DNA of 64,000 nucleotides, from positions 4,654-68,653 of IMG/VR virus record IMGVR_UViG_3300045988_108221. One strand, 5' to 3'. The notes beneath the pieces are model-generated. The model was not told the origin of the DNA and made no database searches. It saw only the letters and a list, made by a program, of their open reading frames with translations. The DNA is from a virus. The position numbers and the translations under genes were made by a program. Below are positions 36,143-44,540 of the stretch, one piece after another. Numbering within the stretch: position 1 is the first letter of the stretch; each line of letters starts with the position of its first letter.

Positions 36143-36419
36143 TGTACTTATGCATCCTTTCTTTGAGTGTTATTAATAACAAATTCAGATTGGTATGCTC
36201 GTAAAGTGTAATGTATCGACCAAGGATGTCTCTCTTTTGTATCGTTGATGTCGAGAAACAATCACCTGCCACCATATAGATTACACGATATGTCTTGAGT
36301 GTTTCTTTATATATTAATACAGGTTTGTCTTCCCAAAGGAATACATCCCCAATGGATAACTCGTGTTCATTATTAGACAATTTGTTGTCTCTATTAAAAA
36401 ACTTACAAATCTTCTTCAT
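36135..36419 (-). CDS. hypothetical protein
   Basis: 94-aa ORF. Confidence 0.5.
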   Translation of the reverse strand: MKKICKFFNRDNKLSNNEHELSIGDVFLWEDKPVLIYKETLKTYRVIYMVAGDCFSTSTIQKRDILGRYITLYEHTNLNLLLITLKERMHKYNV

Positions 36420-36633
36420 AGTCTTCCTCGTAATCTGGTTCTTCTTCTTCGATGTAAGAAATCGTCACTTCTTCGACTTGACCATCAACATCGTATTGGC
36501 AAATGGTTGTATTGATGTCGAAACAGTCGGTTAAATCAGATGCAATCTCGTAGGCTTCTTCTTCACTAGAAGCGGTAATCCGTGCTTCACCATAGAATGT
36601 GCCACTATAAGTAATATTATAGACTTTATCCAT
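36403..36633 (-). CDS. highly acidic small protein (DNA-mimic candidate)
   Basis: 76 aa with 24 D/E and only 2 K/R. C-terminus IEEEEPDYEEDYEEDL. Confidence 0.5.
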   Translation of the reverse strand: MDKVYNITYSGTFYGEARITASSEEEAYEIASDLTDCFDINTTICQYDVDGQVEEVTISYIEEEEPDYEEDYEEDL

Positions 36634-36871
36634 TGTTATTCTCCCCCATACCTATTAAACCAACAACCAACAAACAAATGATAAACGCAAGTGTAATCTT
36701 TAGTGTGAACCAAAGAACAGTCCATGCCATCGCCATAGTTACGCCTGCGATACCAATAAGTGCTAGAACGAACGCAATCGAAACAGCAATCCATGATAAT
36801 TTTGTGATAATACCAAGGACAACGATTGCAACCGCAAGGATTGCACCTATAATAGCAGTCAATAGTTTCAT
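36626..36871 (-). CDS. small multi-pass membrane protein
   Basis: Start moved to ATG 36871 (MKLLTAIIGAILAVAIVVLGII..) behind GGAG. 81 aa, almost entirely hydrophobic. Confidence 0.5.
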   Translation of the reverse strand: MKLLTAIIGAILAVAIVVLGIITKLSWIAVSIAFVLALIGIAGVTMAMAWTVLWFTLKITLAFIICLLVVGLIGMGENNNG

Positions 36872-36875
36872 ATGT

Positions 36876-37049
36876 TTAACTCCATTGTTTAATAATGCGT
36901 TTAGACGGTATATACCAAACATGACCGTTAATTTCGGCTTGCACCAAATAGAAATCATCTGTCGGATTATACAGCTTGATTTCACCGACCAATTTTTGGT
37001 CTTTATCGTTTAAAAACTCCACGATTGTACCATCTTTAATTGTTTCCAT
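36876..37049 (-). CDS. small hypothetical protein (57 aa)
   Basis: AAGGAG SD inside the thyX 3' end, then METIKDGTIVEFLNDKDQKLVGEIKLYNPTDDFYLVQAEINGHVWYIPSKRIIKQWS. Below the ORF-track cutoff. Confidence 0.45.
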   Translation of the reverse strand: METIKDGTIVEFLNDKDQKLVGEIKLYNPTDDFYLVQAEINGHVWYIPSKRIIKQWS

Positions 37050-37698
37050 TTTCTAGCTCCTTGCGGACAGGTGTCTTTGGTTTCTTTTTATGTGTTGTAA
37101 AGTCGCAAGATACCTCTTTGCAGGACTCACACATCCCAAGCGTTTGTAAATTCACCAAAGATGGATACAAGTAATTCAAGCGTTCAAAAATCGCTCGTGC
37201 CACTTGTTGGTGTTCCATGGATGCTCTCTTGCAGAGACGCTTTGGCAAGTACTCCATCCATGTACGCAAAGAACCGCTCACAGTCATTGTCACGTTGGTT
37301 GCTAATGGTAACACATAGGATGCAACTTGGTATGGAACGCCTGCATCAACCAAACGGCGGTATTCTAAGATTTGGTTCTCAATTAATTTATTCATGAGTT
37401 GACCCATGTCGTCTGTAATCTCTGGGTGTTCTGTGGAATCAAACCATGTGGCATCGCCAAAGTCTGTTCCTCGTGTAGATTTCACAGTAAAAGACAAGTG
37501 TCTGTGTCGTGTGATTTGTGCAAGGCATTTCTGTGACATTTCAATATCAAATGTTACAAGGGTATGTTCCAATAGTGACAAATGTCCACTTTTGATGGCT
37601 CTCACTAGTGCATCCTCGGTTAGCTCCTTACCATAACATTGACCCATAGCATGAGTCGCTGTATTGAGTGGTGTGTAATTCTGTAGTTCTACATGCAT
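37036..37698 (-). CDS. thyX: flavin-dependent thymidylate synthase
   Basis: ThyX signature RHRHLSFTVKSTR (RHR..S....S.R); 220 aa. Confidence 0.85.
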   Translation of the reverse strand: MHVELQNYTPLNTATHAMGQCYGKELTEDALVRAIKSGHLSLLEHTLVTFDIEMSQKCLAQITRHRHLSFTVKSTRGTDFGDATWFDSTEHPEITDDMGQLMNKLIENQILEYRRLVDAGVPYQVASYVLPLATNVTMTVSGSLRTWMEYLPKRLCKRASMEHQQVARAIFERLNYLYPSLVNLQTLGMCESCKEVSCDFTTHKKKPKTPVRKELENGNN

Positions 37699-37710
37699 AA
37701 AAGACCTCCG

Positions 37711-38046
37711 TTAAAACATTTTGAGTGTAAACCATGTTGCCATTATAATGTTGAAAATCGTAAGACCAAAACACCATGCTTTAAGCCATAAGACAGAACG
37801 CTTGTTTTTCTGTACTTCACAGTTAATCGCACGAAACTTCAGTCTATTATCAATATTCGTATCTCGAATAATCAGGATGGTATCATCTAGCGTTTTTTGC
37901 AACTCTCTGATACTTCGTGTGTTTGATAACGACCGTTGGTTAGCTGCGGTTTGACCGCTAACAAGTAAATCAATGGCATGAGTTCGCTGCTTAACTTTAG
38001 CTTCCATCTGTAAGCATTTGGTTTTTATCTTCTGTATTAAGTTCAT
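37711..38046 (-). CDS. coiled-coil protein with C-terminal TM anchor
   Basis: C-terminus WLKAWCFGLTIFNIIMATWFTL. Confidence 0.5.
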   Translation of the reverse strand: MNLIQKIKTKCLQMEAKVKQRTHAIDLLVSGQTAANQRSLSNTRSIRELQKTLDDTILIIRDTNIDNRLKFRAINCEVQKNKRSVLWLKAWCFGLTIFNIIMATWFTLKMF

Positions 38047-38058
38047 TAAGACCTCCTG

Positions 38059-38490
38059 TTAATGCATTTGTGTTAAACCATATATAAACGTGCCACCTGT
38101 GATTACAATGACCGCAATTAAATACCAAAAGATACGTTTATACATTTTAACCATTTCGGCTCTTAACAAGATAACATCGGATGAAAGACTATCGAGTCGC
38201 TCTTGTTGATACTTTACAACTGTCGACAATTTGTCGGTAATACTATTTATTTGCTCAAATAGTGATTGTTGTGCTTTAAATGTTTCTGCGACTTTCTTGA
38301 GTTGTTCTTGTTGCGTTTGTAGTGATGTGGAAAGCACCTCGATTTGTTTGTGGTGTTCATCTATGGTACTAGAGTACTCTCCTAGCTGGAGGGTCGTGGT
38401 TTGTAATACCTCGTTATTTTTGCCAACATTCTTTGCCAATGTTCCCATCGTTTCGTGTGTACGTTGGTAAGCATCCATTAGTTCTGCCAT
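38059..38490 (-). CDS. coiled-coil protein with C-terminal TM anchor
   Basis: C-terminus IFWYLIAVIVITGGTFIYGL. Confidence 0.5.
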   Translation of the reverse strand: MAELMDAYQRTHETMGTLAKNVGKNNEVLQTTTLQLGEYSSTIDEHHKQIEVLSTSLQTQQEQLKKVAETFKAQQSLFEQINSITDKLSTVVKYQQERLDSLSSDVILLRAEMVKMYKRIFWYLIAVIVITGGTFIYGLTQMH

Positions 38491-38493
38491 GTG

Positions 38494-38706
38494 TTATTTC
38501 TCCTGTGTTATATGATAAAAACAATAGTGTGACCCATAGTCAACCGTGATACCCAATGGATTATGCATGATGCGGTAATATGGTGGTGTAAAGCCATTGT
38601 GATGCCACCATTCTTTAATTGCTTGCAACGCATCAGCTTCGGTCTCAAATAAACCATGGTGTTTCATTTCGTATGTTCGTGTATCTTGCCACTCAAGTCT
38701 ATACAT
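38494..38706 (-). CDS. hypothetical protein
   Basis: Start moved to ATG 38706 (MYRLEWQDTRTYEM..) behind GGAGA; TAATG overlap with the upstream stop. Confidence 0.45.
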   Translation of the reverse strand: MYRLEWQDTRTYEMKHHGLFETEADALQAIKEWWHHNGFTPPYYRIMHNPLGITVDYGSHYCFYHITQEK

Positions 38707-39212
38707 TAGTCTATCTCCACAAGTTTTTGTAAATATAAGCAATTCGGCAATAATGTTGACAACTGAATATCGTCTGTATGACCGACTTGTCTATAGCCTG
38801 TGAATACAATCATGTCTTGCCAATACACATGGTTATTCGGTCGGAAATATACGCCTGTTGGTCTATATTGACAACCATTGACTCTAAGGGTGATACCTCG
38901 GTCAAATGTGTTCCTCAAGAATACAAACTTTTGTTTGGCAATCTCTTGTTGCTCTTTAATGTAAGTCTGTAGTTGAAATCGCACACTTCCATTAGCAATA
39001 TTATATAAGTCAATTTCTAATGGTTTATTGCTGAGATACTTCTTGCGAGATACCAAGTCATGTATGTTTTTGAACACTAATTCGTTACGGCGGATGTCGT
39101 AACAAATGCAATACTTTGGGTCGATGCAGATGTTTTGAACAAACATATATATATTTCGTATTGCATCCTTATAGTTGTGTCGGTCGGTAATTAAGTCTCC
39201 ATACACAAACAT
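38706..39212 (-). CDS. hypothetical protein
   Basis: 168-aa ORF. Confidence 0.5.
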   Translation of the reverse strand: MFVYGDLITDRHNYKDAIRNIYMFVQNICIDPKYCICYDIRRNELVFKNIHDLVSRKKYLSNKPLEIDLYNIANGSVRFQLQTYIKEQQEIAKQKFVFLRNTFDRGITLRVNGCQYRPTGVYFRPNNHVYWQDMIVFTGYRQVGHTDDIQLSTLLPNCLYLQKLVEID

Positions 39213-39214
39213 TG

Positions 39215-39571
39215 TTACACCTGCTTTCTGCGATACTCAGTAATAGTTGTAAGTTCTGGGTACACTTCATACCACTCAAAATCAAATCTTTCGATGGTGT
39301 GAATGTCTTCTGAGAATTGCAAACAATGGTATTTATTTGTTTGAACATTGTGATAAATCTCTTTATGAACTAAGTGTTCGCCACCAAAGACTTCTTTTTC
39401 TTTAACCAACTCATAGTTGCCAAAAGAACAAAACACAATGTTTTCAACAATTTCAGTAATATATTGGTTTGGGTTTTCCAACCAATGAATACATACTAAG
39501 TCCATATCTTCGATAGACAAACCGTCAACACCATAGTCTGCGTAATGTTGTAACGCTTGCTCAGTTGTCAT
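39215..39571 (-). CDS. hypothetical protein
   Basis: 118-aa ORF. Confidence 0.5.
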   Translation of the reverse strand: MTTEQALQHYADYGVDGLSIEDMDLVCIHWLENPNQYITEIVENIVFCSFGNYELVKEKEVFGGEHLVHKEIYHNVQTNKYHCLQFSEDIHTIERFDFEWYEVYPELTTITEYRRKQV

Positions 39572-40262
39572 TTGTTTCCTCCTGTGTATTTAAAATCCGT
39601 TGCTTGGCAACATCGAAGTATAATGGGTCTAACTCAATACCAATGAAATCTCGACCCAACTCAACGGCTGCAACACCTGTTGTACCAGAACCCATAAATG
39701 GGTCAACAATAGTATATTCCTGTGGCAGAATACCTACGATGTTTTTCATTACTTGTAATGGCATCTGACATGGATGCACAGTTTTTTCTGCTGAGGTATT
39801 CTTAACGATATTAATATTCCACCAATCGTAAATCGGTGTGCCTTTAGAACCATTTGCTATTAGCTGTTTAATTCGTTTATCATTTGGGTTTTTGTACGGT
39901 TGTAACACTTGCTTGAAATCAGGCATTACACCAAAGAACGCAATATCACGATGTTGCTTGCGATTGTTTGTGTTATATACCCATGATACTACACGAGTTG
40001 GTGGCATGTCAATATCAATCGCAAGCTGATACAACTGTTCTGGATAGTGAATAACCACGGATGGATGCGATGGAGAAAATACCATAGATAACATATATCG
40101 GTATGCATCATCATCCATTTTATCGTGGTATTTGTCGTAATGATACCCAATGTTGAACGGAGGGTCTGACACGATGATGTACGGCTTGCTTTCTTCTTGC
40201 AGTTGGGTTTCTATTGATTGTAATATGTTTCGACAATCGTTGTGGTATAAATCAATCTTCAT
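39561..40262 (-). CDS. DNA N6-adenine / N4-cytosine methyltransferase
   Basis: Motif IV VSDPPFN and motif I VDPFMGSGTTGVAAVELGRDFIGIELD (beta-class order). Start taken at MKIDLYHNDC (40262). Confidence 0.8.
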   Translation of the reverse strand: MKIDLYHNDCRNILQSIETQLQEESKPYIIVSDPPFNIGYHYDKYHDKMDDDAYRYMLSMVFSPSHPSVVIHYPEQLYQLAIDIDMPPTRVVSWVYNTNNRKQHRDIAFFGVMPDFKQVLQPYKNPNDKRIKQLIANGSKGTPIYDWWNINIVKNTSAEKTVHPCQMPLQVMKNIVGILPQEYTIVDPFMGSGTTGVAAVELGRDFIGIELDPLYFDVAKQRILNTQEETNDN

Positions 40263-40650
40263 AGTCTTCCTCAAATAACATTTTTGCGATTTCTTCGTCA
40301 TAACTGAAGCCAAGTAGTCGCAGGATACTATCTTTATCCTTTTCAGTAAATGCTCTGTGACCGTTCAATTTCAAAGACATATTTGTGAGACTCATCCCAA
40401 TTCTTGATGCAGCCTTGCTGACACTTAAATTTCGGTCTTTTAACATACCTCGTAACATTGTATATCGCTCTTGGTATCGTGTTCCAATGTCTACTTTGAG
40501 TCGTGCGAGATATGTTTTGACATCTTCAATATCTTTAAAAGTGTCGTCTTCTAACACCTTTTGCAATTTTGACAGTAACACCGATGTTTCTTCAAACTTT
40601 TTGTAATCTTCTTCAATGACGATACCATTAATTCTTACATGTGTTTTCAT
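40252..40650 (-). CDS. HTH (XRE-like) DNA-binding protein
   Basis: Start moved to ATG 40650 behind GGAGGA. C-terminal LSVSKAASRIGMSLTNMSLKLNGHRAFT helix-turn-helix. Confidence 0.55.
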   Translation of the reverse strand: MKTHVRINGIVIEEDYKKFEETSVLLSKLQKVLEDDTFKDIEDVKTYLARLKVDIGTRYQERYTMLRGMLKDRNLSVSKAASRIGMSLTNMSLKLNGHRAFTEKDKDSILRLLGFSYDEEIAKMLFEEDYED

Positions 40651-40667
40651 ATATTCCTCCAATAATT

Positions 40668-40686
40668 TGGGGCGGAAGAACCGCCC
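40668..40686 (-). terminator. GC-rich hairpin directly after the adhesin gene
   Basis: GGGGCGG aagaa CCGCCCC. The downstream T-run is weak, so possibly only an attenuator. Confidence 0.4.
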
Positions 40687-40695
40687 CATTTATTA

Positions 40696-42126
40696 TTATT
40701 TACTTAATAGATTTTCTAGCATTTCTACACGCTCTTTTAAGTCTTTTAACTCATCTCGTTTAACATTCGTTGTTTTACCAACTTTAAAGTTAACAGATGC
40801 ATTAGTCACCTTGGCAGAGCCAAAAGATTGTCCAACGTAGAACATTACATTTTCATTCGGAGCGTAGAACGCACCCAATGCACCAGCGTTTGCATTTTTG
40901 TAATGACCGAAGCCAGCACTAAAAGACAGTTTGTTGTTCACATCGAAACCATCCCAATGTAATGCACTCAAGGCAGATACAGATGCAATCGCTTTGTTTG
41001 TGCCACGTTCTAATTGATTGATTTTATTATCGAAGTTACCAAACATTTGTTGACTTTGATTTTCCAAAGTAATAATTCGGTTTTCATGGTTCATAGACAA
41101 TTGTTTTAACGCTGAAATATCGCCTGTGTGAGCGTTTTGGATGTCTCGTAATGTATTTACTTGTGCACTAACATTTGTGATGGATTGATGGTTCTCATTA
41201 ATTAATGCGGTATTAGAACGAATGTCTGCTGTATTGGTTCGCACTTGTTTTTGGGTTTCGACAATCGCATCTGCATTAGTGGCTACATATGTATGCAACT
41301 CATCAATGGCATCTTTGTTTGTTTTGATGTTGATTCCATTAGTATTGATTTCATCAATAGCTGCATGCAACTGAGAACCATTGACTGCATCTATAGAGTC
41401 AGAATCAATACGTCCAGCGGCTACATTCGTAATAGTTCGTTCCTTGCCTGTGTCGCCAATAGATATAGTACCTGCTGGGACAACACCAGCAAATGTATGC
41501 GTTTTGCCATTAATTACGGAAGAAGAAGTACCAATTACTACACTAGCTTTCGCATTATGTCCGATTGCTACGGATTCATCTTGGGTTACAGAAGCATCGT
41601 TACCAATAGCAATACCATAGTTAGCATGGTTGATTGTGCTAGATTTGCCTAAAATAATTCCGTGATAACTGTCTTGTAGTATATTTCTATTGCCAAGCAA
41701 TACATCGCCTGTAGAGTTGCCTGTGTGATTTTCCACATTATTAAAAGCACCGATTAGAACAGAATCCTTTGTAGCACCATGGTTAATATTGCCAATGTTA
41801 ACTGCATCATTCCCATCTGTAGTAAGTCCATAACCAATAGCTATGGAGGTCGTACTATTGGCATGAACTCCATTACCGATAGCAATAGTATTAATATTGT
41901 GTGCACCAACTCCATTGCCGATTGCGATGGCATTTGTGTTAGCAGTAACACCGTTGCCAAGACCAATGCTATTATTGCTTGTGTTGATTACTCCGTTACC
42001 AACTGCAACACTATTATCTTGAGCAGCAATAACACCATTGCCAAACTCCACTGGGTTTGCAAACACGCCCATAGTTGCCATTGCTAATACTGCGGATAAA
42101 ATTGTTGTTTTCATTTTGTTGTTCAT
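40696..42126 (-). CDS. trimeric autotransporter adhesin (YadA-like)
   Basis: Signal peptide MNNKMKTTILSAVLAMATMGVFA. About 12 head repeats of the S.A.G.G / NS.AIG type. Neck ERTITNVAAGRIDSDSIDAVNGSQLHA, about 120-aa coiled-coil stalk. C-terminal anchor ALSALHWDG..LSFSAGFGHYKNANAGALGAFYAPNENVMFYVGQSFG. Confidence 0.85.
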   Translation of the reverse strand: MNNKMKTTILSAVLAMATMGVFANPVEFGNGVIAAQDNSVAVGNGVINTSNNSIGLGNGVTANTNAIAIGNGVGAHNINTIAIGNGVHANSTTSIAIGYGLTTDGNDAVNIGNINHGATKDSVLIGAFNNVENHTGNSTGDVLLGNRNILQDSYHGIILGKSSTINHANYGIAIGNDASVTQDESVAIGHNAKASVVIGTSSSVINGKTHTFAGVVPAGTISIGDTGKERTITNVAAGRIDSDSIDAVNGSQLHAAIDEINTNGINIKTNKDAIDELHTYVATNADAIVETQKQVRTNTADIRSNTALINENHQSITNVSAQVNTLRDIQNAHTGDISALKQLSMNHENRIITLENQSQQMFGNFDNKINQLERGTNKAIASVSALSALHWDGFDVNNKLSFSAGFGHYKNANAGALGAFYAPNENVMFYVGQSFGSAKVTNASVNFKVGKTTNVKRDELKDLKERVEMLENLLSK

Positions 42127-42147
42127 TGTGTTTCTCCTGTGTTTTAA

Positions 42148-42405
42148 TTACAAAGTTTTGTTTAATTGTTTAAAATAATCCAATACGTCTTCTTTTGTTT
42201 TCTTTTTAATTAGATTAATGTCCGTGGTTGTCCAATCGGCACTTGTGAGACACTTAGCATCAATAGATTTTAACCGTTTATGCCATTGGTCGGTACAAAC
42301 GTAAATCACACCTCGTTTCATCCGTAGACATTGCGATGTGTTCCAATGGTGTCTTCGAATGCCCTTGCCGTTTGACATCAATTCGTATGCTTCGTGGAAT
42401 CGCAT
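42148..42405 (-). CDS. DUF2829 / Tad2-like protein
   Basis: Start moved to ATG 42405 behind AAAGGAGA. MRFHEAYELMSNGKGIRRHHW fits the DUF2829 N-terminal pattern F.EA...M..GK.IRR..W. Also has the C-terminal ..ADW.. motif; 85 aa. Confidence 0.5.
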   Translation of the reverse strand: MRFHEAYELMSNGKGIRRHHWNTSQCLRMKRGVIYVCTDQWHKRLKSIDAKCLTSADWTTTDINLIKKKTKEDVLDYFKQLNKTL

Positions 42406-42578
42406 TTGCAACTCTTCTCCTTTCTTGGGAATAAACATAAGACTACAACACTTAATAGCATTGCCCCAAGCCATTCTTGGTTATTGAATATAAATGTTTG
42501 AATGAATGAACCACCCATCAGTAATAAACATGAGATGTCAATCATTCGTCTAATGTCAAGAATTAATTGTTTGTCCAT
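42378..42578 (-). CDS. small membrane protein
   Basis: CAGGAGG SD; two hydrophobic segments; 66 aa. Confidence 0.5.
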   Translation of the reverse strand: MDKQLILDIRRMIDISCLLLMGGSFIQTFIFNNQEWLGAMLLSVVVLCLFPRKEKSCKCDSTKHTN

Positions 42579-42888
42579 TTTCTTCCTCCTGTTGCTTTAA
42601 TTCTTTACGACCAATCTTTTGTAAAAATTTCCATGCTCTAAACATTGACACATAATCAAGGTTTATGTATGTACGGTTCTTTGGATGCTTTGGACAAGCC
42701 AAGTATATCCAATGTTCATCTGCTGACCGCAAGTGCTGAAGTATTGGTATTGGCTTTGTTTTGCACTTATAACAGCCATCTGTTTTTTGACACCTGTCTA
42801 ACACATCGTCAAACCCATCGCCATAATCAATGAAATACTCTCGTTTTTTCGGTAGCTTGCGACCACCGCCAAATCCTGTACTTGCCAT
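42556..42888 (-). CDS. Cys-rich (zinc-finger-like) protein
   Basis: CQKTDGCYKC ... LACPKH; AGGTGA SD; first gene after promoter 42911-42939. Confidence 0.5.
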   Translation of the reverse strand: MASTGFGGGRKLPKKREYFIDYGDGFDDVLDRCQKTDGCYKCKTKPIPILQHLRSADEHWIYLACPKHPKNRTYINLDYVSMFRAWKFLQKIGRKELKQQEEENGQTINS

Positions 42889-42910
42889 ATCTCACCTGCT
42901 TTCTAATAAG

Positions 42911-42939
42911 ATAATACCATATAAATATACTTATGTCAA
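42911..42939 (-). promoter_or_regulatory. sigma70-type promoter of the operon containing the Tad2-like and adhesin genes
   Basis: Minus-strand TTGACA (42939-42934), 17-nt spacer, TATTAT. Confidence 0.6.
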
Positions 42940-42974
42940 TAACTTATTTTTAATAAGTGTAAGATTTTTACATA

Positions 42975-43004
42975 TAAAAAAAAGAGACCAACTATGTGGT
43001 CTCT
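42975..43004 (-). terminator. rho-independent terminator
   Basis: AGAGACCA actatg TGGTCTCT, followed on the minus strand by a run of 8 T (plus-strand A-run 42976-42983). Confidence 0.8.
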
Positions 43005-43010
43005 TATGTA

Positions 43011-43472
43011 CTATTTGTTTGTATTATCTGCTAATTTTATATAATTATATTCAACTATAGCATTTGTGCTTGTAGACCATGAAGACTGTCCAGATGCGTA
43101 TACAAAATATGCTCCATCTTCATACTTAGCAAAATAACGAGGTTTCCAATTTTGTGTGTTATCATCTCTGACTAACACAGGCGTGTCAACAGGCACCTTA
43201 GACCAATCGACAGTATCAATGTGGTCTTCAATCGCAATATAATTTCTGTCGGTTAATAAGTCTTTAGCGACCAACGTGGGAAAATATGAGACAAACGGAT
43301 ATTTTTCTCCATCGCAATACATAAATGTTGCATCACGAAAAACAGGCTCTTGTTTTGATAACATGTGAATACCTCTATCTGGATTGTAAAACACATATTT
43401 AAACCCAAGTTTATAACATTCCTTAAACCAAGCCTGTAAACCGTCTTGTGTTAAATATTTTGATTGTAACAT
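43011..43472 (-). CDS. hypothetical protein
   Basis: 153-aa ORF with a terminator downstream. Confidence 0.55.
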   Translation of the reverse strand: MLQSKYLTQDGLQAWFKECYKLGFKYVFYNPDRGIHMLSKQEPVFRDATFMYCDGEKYPFVSYFPTLVAKDLLTDRNYIAIEDHIDTVDWSKVPVDTPVLVRDDNTQNWKPRYFAKYEDGAYFVYASGQSSWSTSTNAIVEYNYIKLADNTNK

Positions 43473-43484
43473 GTGTACCTCCTG

Positions 43485-43961
43485 TTACCTACTAACCCAT
43501 TTCATGCAGCCAATGCGTAAATATCGCAAGTATTCTTCCTCAGACATTTCCTTATAATTTTTGCGGACTTTTGCTCGTTTAGCATACTTATCAACGCAAT
43601 AAAGATTACCTCGGAAATCACATGTATCAATCTCATCTATTAATATTAAGCCTGCACCGACTTCATTTAACTTATTATCGACAAATTGTCGATGTTTCTC
43701 ATACACATCTATTGGCATGGCGTAATAGAAATACTTGACATGCTCACAGTCGTGATACCTTTTCTTGTTAAAGTCTCGCTTAAAGTCCTCAATATTGGTC
43801 TTAGCTTCAACTTCTGTTAAGAACCGTTGAGTGTGTTTGAAGTATATAAAATCAGCTTCATATTCGCTGCGGTTGTCTCCAAACATTAATACATTGGGAA
43901 TACATATGTATTTTAAATACAGATGACACCCTAGTGCTTGGACAATGTCATATTCCGTCAT
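43485..43961 (-). CDS. PD-(D/E)XK nuclease, MmcB-like
   Basis: EYEADFIYF ... LTEVEAKT (D...E.K arrangement); 158 aa. Confidence 0.45.
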   Translation of the reverse strand: MTEYDIVQALGCHLYLKYICIPNVLMFGDNRSEYEADFIYFKHTQRFLTEVEAKTNIEDFKRDFNKKRYHDCEHVKYFYYAMPIDVYEKHRQFVDNKLNEVGAGLILIDEIDTCDFRGNLYCVDKYAKRAKVRKNYKEMSEEEYLRYLRIGCMKWVSR

Positions 43962-44260
43962 TGTACCTCCAATTCAGAAATCGCCTGTAGATATTCCAGT
44001 ACTGCATCAAGACAAACATTGGTAACATCTCCATCTGGCAACAGCTTAGTATCATAATAAATCACGCCGTCTCTCAATAGTTCTAAACAAAAGACATCAT
44101 TGTCTTCGGTATACTCAAATTGAATAACGGCAACATCATATCCATTGTCAAATGCAAACCACCACATTTGCCTTTCTTCATACATAATGTTTTTTGGTAA
44201 AATAGTCGTGTATTTAAAGCCGTTGTGTTCTTGCAATTCTTTTATAATTGTTTTGTCCAT
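43958..44260 (-). CDS. hypothetical protein
   Basis: 100 aa; first gene after promoter 44299-44327. Confidence 0.5.
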   Translation of the reverse strand: MDKTIIKELQEHNGFKYTTILPKNIMYEERQMWWFAFDNGYDVAVIQFEYTEDNDVFCLELLRDGVIYYDTKLLPDGDVTNVCLDAVLEYLQAISELEVQ

Positions 44261-44298
44261 AATTCCTCCTGTGTAAAAAACAATTTGTTTACATCATT

Positions 44299-44327
44299 AT
44301 GATACCATGGATATATACGTATGTCAA
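44299..44327 (-). promoter_or_regulatory. sigma70-type promoter
   Basis: Minus-strand TTGACA (44327-44322), 17-nt spacer, TATCAT. Confidence 0.6.
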
Positions 44328-44334
44328 CAACCAA

Positions 44335-44365
44335 ATAAAAAAAGACGGAAGAAATTAATCTTCCG
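44335..44365 (-). terminator. rho-independent terminator overlapping the 3' end of 44355..44540
   Basis: CGGAAGA / TCTTCCG stem, followed on the minus strand by TCTTTTTTT. Confidence 0.65.
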
Positions 44366-44540
44366 CCATACGATAATGCCATAATGCACAATCGTCTATT
44401 TCACAAGCCTGTACTTCCGCAAGTGTACCACAACAACACTCTCGACATTTCTTATGAATTGCTTCGAGCGGTGTCTTTGGTTTTGATGGCTTGCGTTTTC
44501 GTTTGGCTGTTTTATTGTTTGGTTTCTTTGGCATGTTCAA
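44355..44540 (-). CDS. small basic Cys-rich zinc-binding protein
   Basis: Lys/Arg-rich N-terminus, then CRECCCGTLAEVQACEIDDCALWHYR, a pattern common in small phage proteins. Confidence 0.5.
   Translation of the reverse strand: MNMPKKPNNKTAKRKRKPSKPKTPLEAIHKKCRECCCGTLAEVQACEIDDCALWHYRMAED

Noticed and set aside
37711-38490. The two coiled-coil membrane proteins as a spanin pair
   Set aside because: Both have the TM segment at the C-terminus and neither has a lipobox. That topology does not fit i-spanin/o-spanin.
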